Shown here: positions 58,262 to 64,000 of the stretch, piece by piece
Position numbering within the stretch: position 1 is the stretch's first letter
Layout of the letters: each line of letters starts with the position of its first letter
Origin: the human T2T-CHM13v2.0 reference genome, Homo sapiens
Assembly (NCBI RefSeq): GCF_009914755.1
Contig: NC_060933.1
Reading direction: 5' to 3' (one strand)
Length of the DNA: 64,000 bases
Program-made: the position numbers and the translations under genes
The notes under the pieces: model-generated
Database searches by the model: none
What the model was told of the DNA's origin: nothing
What the model saw: the letters and a program-made list of their open reading frames with translations, nothing else

Positions 58262-59894
58262 CAGTGTTACTCTTGTACCATCAACATACACACTTATACA
58301 CACACTTGCACATGCATACATGTGTTCACACATTCTTCATTTTAAGCTCCCCTCTTCTCTGGCTCCCAATAAAAATGGGTGCCTAAGAGTTTCCATTCAT
58401 CTCCTCCCTCACGGTAACCTCCAGCAATTGGAAGGCTTTCAAATGAGTAACTGAGGGTTCAGAAGAAACAGTTGCCCACATTTAAGGAGCTCTCCACCTC
58501 AAGATGAATGCTGCTCTTGCACATGGTCAGTGGCCATACCACACTGGCCACACCTTAGGCGTGGTCAGTCTTTGATTCTGGATCAGACAGATCCTCACAA
58601 GCTTTCATAAAAGTACTCTTGCTCAATGTGGGGATTTCAATTCTAAAATGACTGCCCCCCCTCACTCCCTATCCTGGCCTCTTCCTTGTGGGAGGATATT
58701 CACAAGCCAAATCAACTCTCAGAATTAGGGCTTTGGGGACTGGAGAGGTAAGAAATATTTAAAGGTGTTTGTTACAACATCGAATTAGACCCAATGAACA
58801 ATTGAAGATAACTTGAGTTGAAACAAAGGAATTGTTTAAATACAAACAACAAAAAGAAAGAAAATAGGATTGCAAAACAGAAAAGGCGATGATGTTGTAT
58901 GAATAGAAACACCAGAACATACAGCTTGGAAACAGAGTGGGTGGAGTGAAACCTGGAATACTATGGAATATAGGCTTTGTCGGACCCCATTGCTGAGGAG
59001 TAGGAAGGCAGTTGGAGGTGTTCGAAAAATCAGATGATAATTTCAGGACAAGAAGAAACAGAGAGATAGATACCTGTGGAACTCTCACCTCAAAAAACAA
59101 CACTTACTCAAGTTGCTCTTCCTCCAACAGAGGTACACATACAAACTGACTCCTATTCATCCAGTGATGACCTTCCCATATGTAGAAGACCTGCAGGGGC
59201 AGCCTTGTTAACGAAGAATGTGCTGAGAAAACGAAATGCCAAGGGGCCTGGTCAACTGTGGGAGGCAGGTGTGGCCAGGGTGGCTGGTGGTGAGGGTGAT
59301 GGGTCAGTGCCGGGAGACATAGCCCACTGCGATCAAGTAGGTTCCCAAAATTTATCATGAGGTTCTACCTGGACCTAAGAGGCCCTGAATAAAGAGATTA
59401 AATGTCGTGAATATGAATGACAGCCTCCATCTGATGAAAGTTGCTGCTTACACATTCTGCATTGTTGCAACTAAGCATTCATCACTTGTTTCCATTGAGA
59501 TTGGTGGCAGAAGGTGCAGAACTGAATTATGTCACGTGATTGAAAATTTGGAGGGGTGAGTCAAAGTTTATATCCACTCCATTTGTGAAAGAAGTTGTGT
59601 AAAGCAGACTCCTAAAAAGGGAGCAAGTTTGAGCCATGTGGGAGAAGCTGAGCCTCCAACAGTCCTTTCATTAGGCTGTGCCCTGGGGGACACCCAGCCA
59701 GCCATCTGCGGGTGGTTCTGAAGACCCTTCTCACATATATCCAGACAGTGGCATTCCTTGTGTTTGTGAGGTGGAAAGGATGTGTTACCAGCTGTTGACT
59801 GAGGCCGGTTTCTTGTAGTGTGGGAGGTGGGAGCTTGGGTCTGGGCTGGCCCTGCCCTGCCATCCATATCCCAGGCTCAGTGCCTTCTTCTCTA

Positions 59895-60572
59895 CCTGTG
59901 TGAGTTTGCTGGGGCTGCCATAGCAAAATCCCACAGACTAGGAGGCTTACACGCAGATACTGAATTTTCCTCACAGTTCTGGAGGCTGGAAATCTAAGAA
60001 TAAGGTGTCGGCAGGGTTGGGTCCTCCTGAGGCCTCTCTCCTTGTGCCCTCGCTTGATCTTCTATGGGTGTCTGTGTTGAAATTTCTTTTCTTTTTTTTT
60101 TTTCTTTTTTGAGTTAGGGTCTCACTTGGTTGCCCAGGCTGGAGTGCAATGGCACGATCATAGCTCACTGAAGCCTTGAACTCCTGGGCTCAAGTGAACC
60201 TCCTGCCTCAGCCTTGTGAGTAGCTGGGACTATAGGCATGTGACACCACACCTAGCTAATGTTTTAAATTTTTCATATAGATGAGGTCTGGCCATGGTGC
60301 CTAGGCCGATCTCAAACTTCTAGCCTTAAGCGATCCTCTTACCTTGGCCTCCCAAAATTCTGGGATTACCGGCATTAGACCCCACACTCAGCCCTCAAAT
60401 GTCCTCTTCTTACAAGGACACTGGTCATATTGGATTAGGATCCAACTTAATGACCTCATGTTAGCTTAATTACCTCTTTAAAGACCCAGTCTCCAAATAC
60501 AGTCACATTCTGAGGCACTAGCAGTTAAGACTTCAACAGAAGGATTTTGAGGGCACACAGTTCAGCCCACAA
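59895..60572 (-). mobile_element. MLT1-type MaLR LTR interrupted by an AluJ (~60085-60395)
   Basis: 'ctcacagttctggaggctgga…aaggtgtcggcagggttgg' and 'caaatacagtcacattctgagg'. Confidence 0.85.
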
Positions 60573-60899
60573 CAGCAACCAAAGGTTGAAAAGATCTGGC
60601 TTGCATCTGAAAGGCAAGTTCATTTCTCGGCTCTGTGTTTGGAGGGGGGCTCCGGGTAGACTGGAGCTGGGTCCTTCCTGGCATCCAGTGCTGAGAGGAC
60701 CTGACCCACCCCCTCTCAGAGACCTGTCTACACCTCCACAAAACAGACACTAGCTGACACATTTTCTAAGAATGTTGGTGGTCTAAGAAAATGGCTTTAG
60801 GCACCCAGCAGAATTTCCCCCAACCCCCAACCACAAAGAATGAACACTGCTAGGCTAATTACAAATCTGTCTTCTTTATTTATAGCAGCAAGTCCCCTA

Positions 60900-61405
60900 A
60901 GGCAGTCGTTTCCAAGGCTGCTGTTCATCAGAATCACCTGGGGAGTTTAAAAACAAAGAAACAAAAATAGATTCTTTGACCCCATCCTAGAACTGTAGAA
61001 TCAACTTCTCAGCCCTGGGGAATCAGTATTTTTAAAAATAATCCCCCTAAAGCAAGTGATATGGTTTGGCTGTGTCCCCACCCAAATCTCATCTTGAATT
61101 GTAGCTCCCATGATTCCCACGACCCGGTGGGAGATAATTGAATCAAGGGGGTGAGTCTTTCCCGTGCTGTTCTCATGGTAGTGAATAAATCTCACCAGAT
61201 CTGATGGGTTTTATAAAGGCAAGTTTCCCTGCACTTGCTCTTGCCTGCCACCATGTAAGATGTGACTTTGCTTCTCACTTGCCTTCTGCCATGATTGTGA
61301 GGCCTCCCCAGCCATGTGGAACTGTGACTCAATTAAACCTATTTCTTTTATAAATTACCCAGTCTCAGGTATGTCTTTATTAGCAGAGTGAGAACAGACT
61401 ACTAC
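60900..61405. mobile_element. MER5A-like fragment followed by an MST/THE1-type MaLR LTR (~61057-61405)
   Basis: 'cagaatcacctggg' and 'tgatatggtttggctgtgtccccacccaaatctcatcttgaattgtagctccc'. Confidence 0.85.
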
Positions 61406-61494
61406 AGCAAGTACAGTAAAATGCTAATGGTAGGATCTAGGAGTGGGTATACGGTGTTCACTGAAAAATTCTTCCGACTTTGCTGTATGTTTGA

Positions 61495-61835
<341 letters not shown>

Positions 61836-62550
61836 AAAATTTTTCATAATAAAATGTCAAAAAGAAAATAAAAGGATACCTGAATTATTCTGCTGTGCAA
61901 CTGGATTTGAGGACCTAAGGGACACTTGGTTATTTGGTGAATATCTTCTTGATGCTGTTCTCTGTTACAGCATTTGTCACATTACATTATTGCTGTTCAT
62001 TCACCAAATACAAGGTTTGTGAGCTTTTAAATGCATCATCCTCTGCTAGGTGATGGGAATTTGGGAACAAAAAGGCTATTTTCTTTTAAAATACTGTGAA
62101 ATACCATTTTATCCCCATCAGATTGTCAAAATTGAGAAGTCTGACTGCAGCAAAGATGAGCAAGATTGTGAAACAATGGAAACGTTTGCGCATGACTTCC
62201 TTGAGCATAGATTGGTTTAATCACTTCTGGAAAACAACTTGGGATTCTCTGGAAAGGTTGAATTCCCCTTCTAGGGGTCTCTCCAAGAGAAAACTGTTCT
62301 CCCTGGGGCTCAGGAGATGCACACCAGAATGTCCACAGCACCACTGCTTGTAGAAACATAAAACTGGATATGACCACAATGTGCATCAGCGTAGAAAACA
62401 TAAACAGTAGAGAATTTCTGCAATGCAATTCTACAAAGAAGTGAAAAGCAACAAGCCACAGCCACCTTACAGCAACACAGATGAACCGCACAAACATAAT
62501 CTTGGGTGAAATACCTAGGTCAGAAGCAAGTGTCATAAGAATGCATTCAT

Positions 62551-62895
<345 letters not shown>

Positions 62896-63299
62896 TTATT
62901 TTAAAAAGGGAGTGAAAAACCCATTCAGGGAAGCAGTTATGTCTTGGAATGCAGGAGGTGAAGGGAGGAGAAGCTCCATTAAGTATTTATTTTATTATTG
63001 TTCTTTAAAATGTGCATACAGGTGATAACACTTTTTATCGTATGTTCTGTTTCATACATTTTTATTTTAAATATGCCATCCTAGTCCCGGATCAATGCAG
63101 AGTCCGGTGGGGAGTGAAGGAGTGAAGGAGAACATGAAACTATACTTTGAGAAAGGCGGAGGCCGCCGCACACAGAAAATACCGTGGGAGCTCAGTGGGA
63201 AGTGTGCCTGGGTCCTGACTCCTGAGACTGCATGAAGTGGGGAGGGGCTTGCTGGAGAAGAGGAGGAGGGGCTACTGACCAGGTCAAAGGGAGAGACAA

Positions 63300-63796
<497 letters not shown>

Positions 63797-63871
63797 TTAA
63801 TGTTAGAAAATGTGCAAATGCAATGTTACTTTATGAGCCCCAACGTGGTTTTTTAAAAATCTGCATATTTA

Positions 63872-64000
63872 GGGGGAGGCGGGTGGATCAGCTAAGGTCA
63901 GGAGTTTGAGACCAGCCTGGCCAACATGGCAAAACCCTGTCTCTACCAAAAATACAAATATTAGCTGGGCGTGGTGGTGGGCGCCTGTAATCCCAACTAC
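63872..64000 (+). mobile_element. Partial Alu, running off the window edge
   Basis: Alu left-arm sequence. Confidence 0.9.

Overview
Human genomic DNA containing the 5' part of PTCH1 (Patched-1, the Hedgehog receptor; chr9q22) on the minus strand. The window covers upstream exon 1a (~54.1-54.5 kb), canonical exon 1b (ATG at 46000) and coding exons 2-15. Together exons 1b-15 give 2560 coding nt with consistent frame and GT-AG boundaries; intron 15 runs off the left edge. Also present are the stop-containing exon 12b, three perfect GLI sites, several CpG islands, a 5'UTR GGC repeat with uORFs, and primate repeats (many Alus including an AluYb8, an LTR10-type solo LTR with a p53-like element, Tigger4, MER20, MER5A, MaLR LTRs, L1/L2/MIR). 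I see no sign of a foreign insert or a new gene system. The best leads are RNA-level and regulatory: (1) exons 13-14 bracketed by inverted Alus, which would form a 522-nt circle with no in-frame stop; (2) GC-versus-GT donor choice in exon 1a that switches one ORF between N-terminus and uORF; (3) a promoter-like NRF1/ETS/X-box island inside intron 2; (4) an X-box next to the proximal GLI site; (5) a 22-bp perfect palindrome. Repeat boundaries and subfamily calls were made by eye and are approximate.
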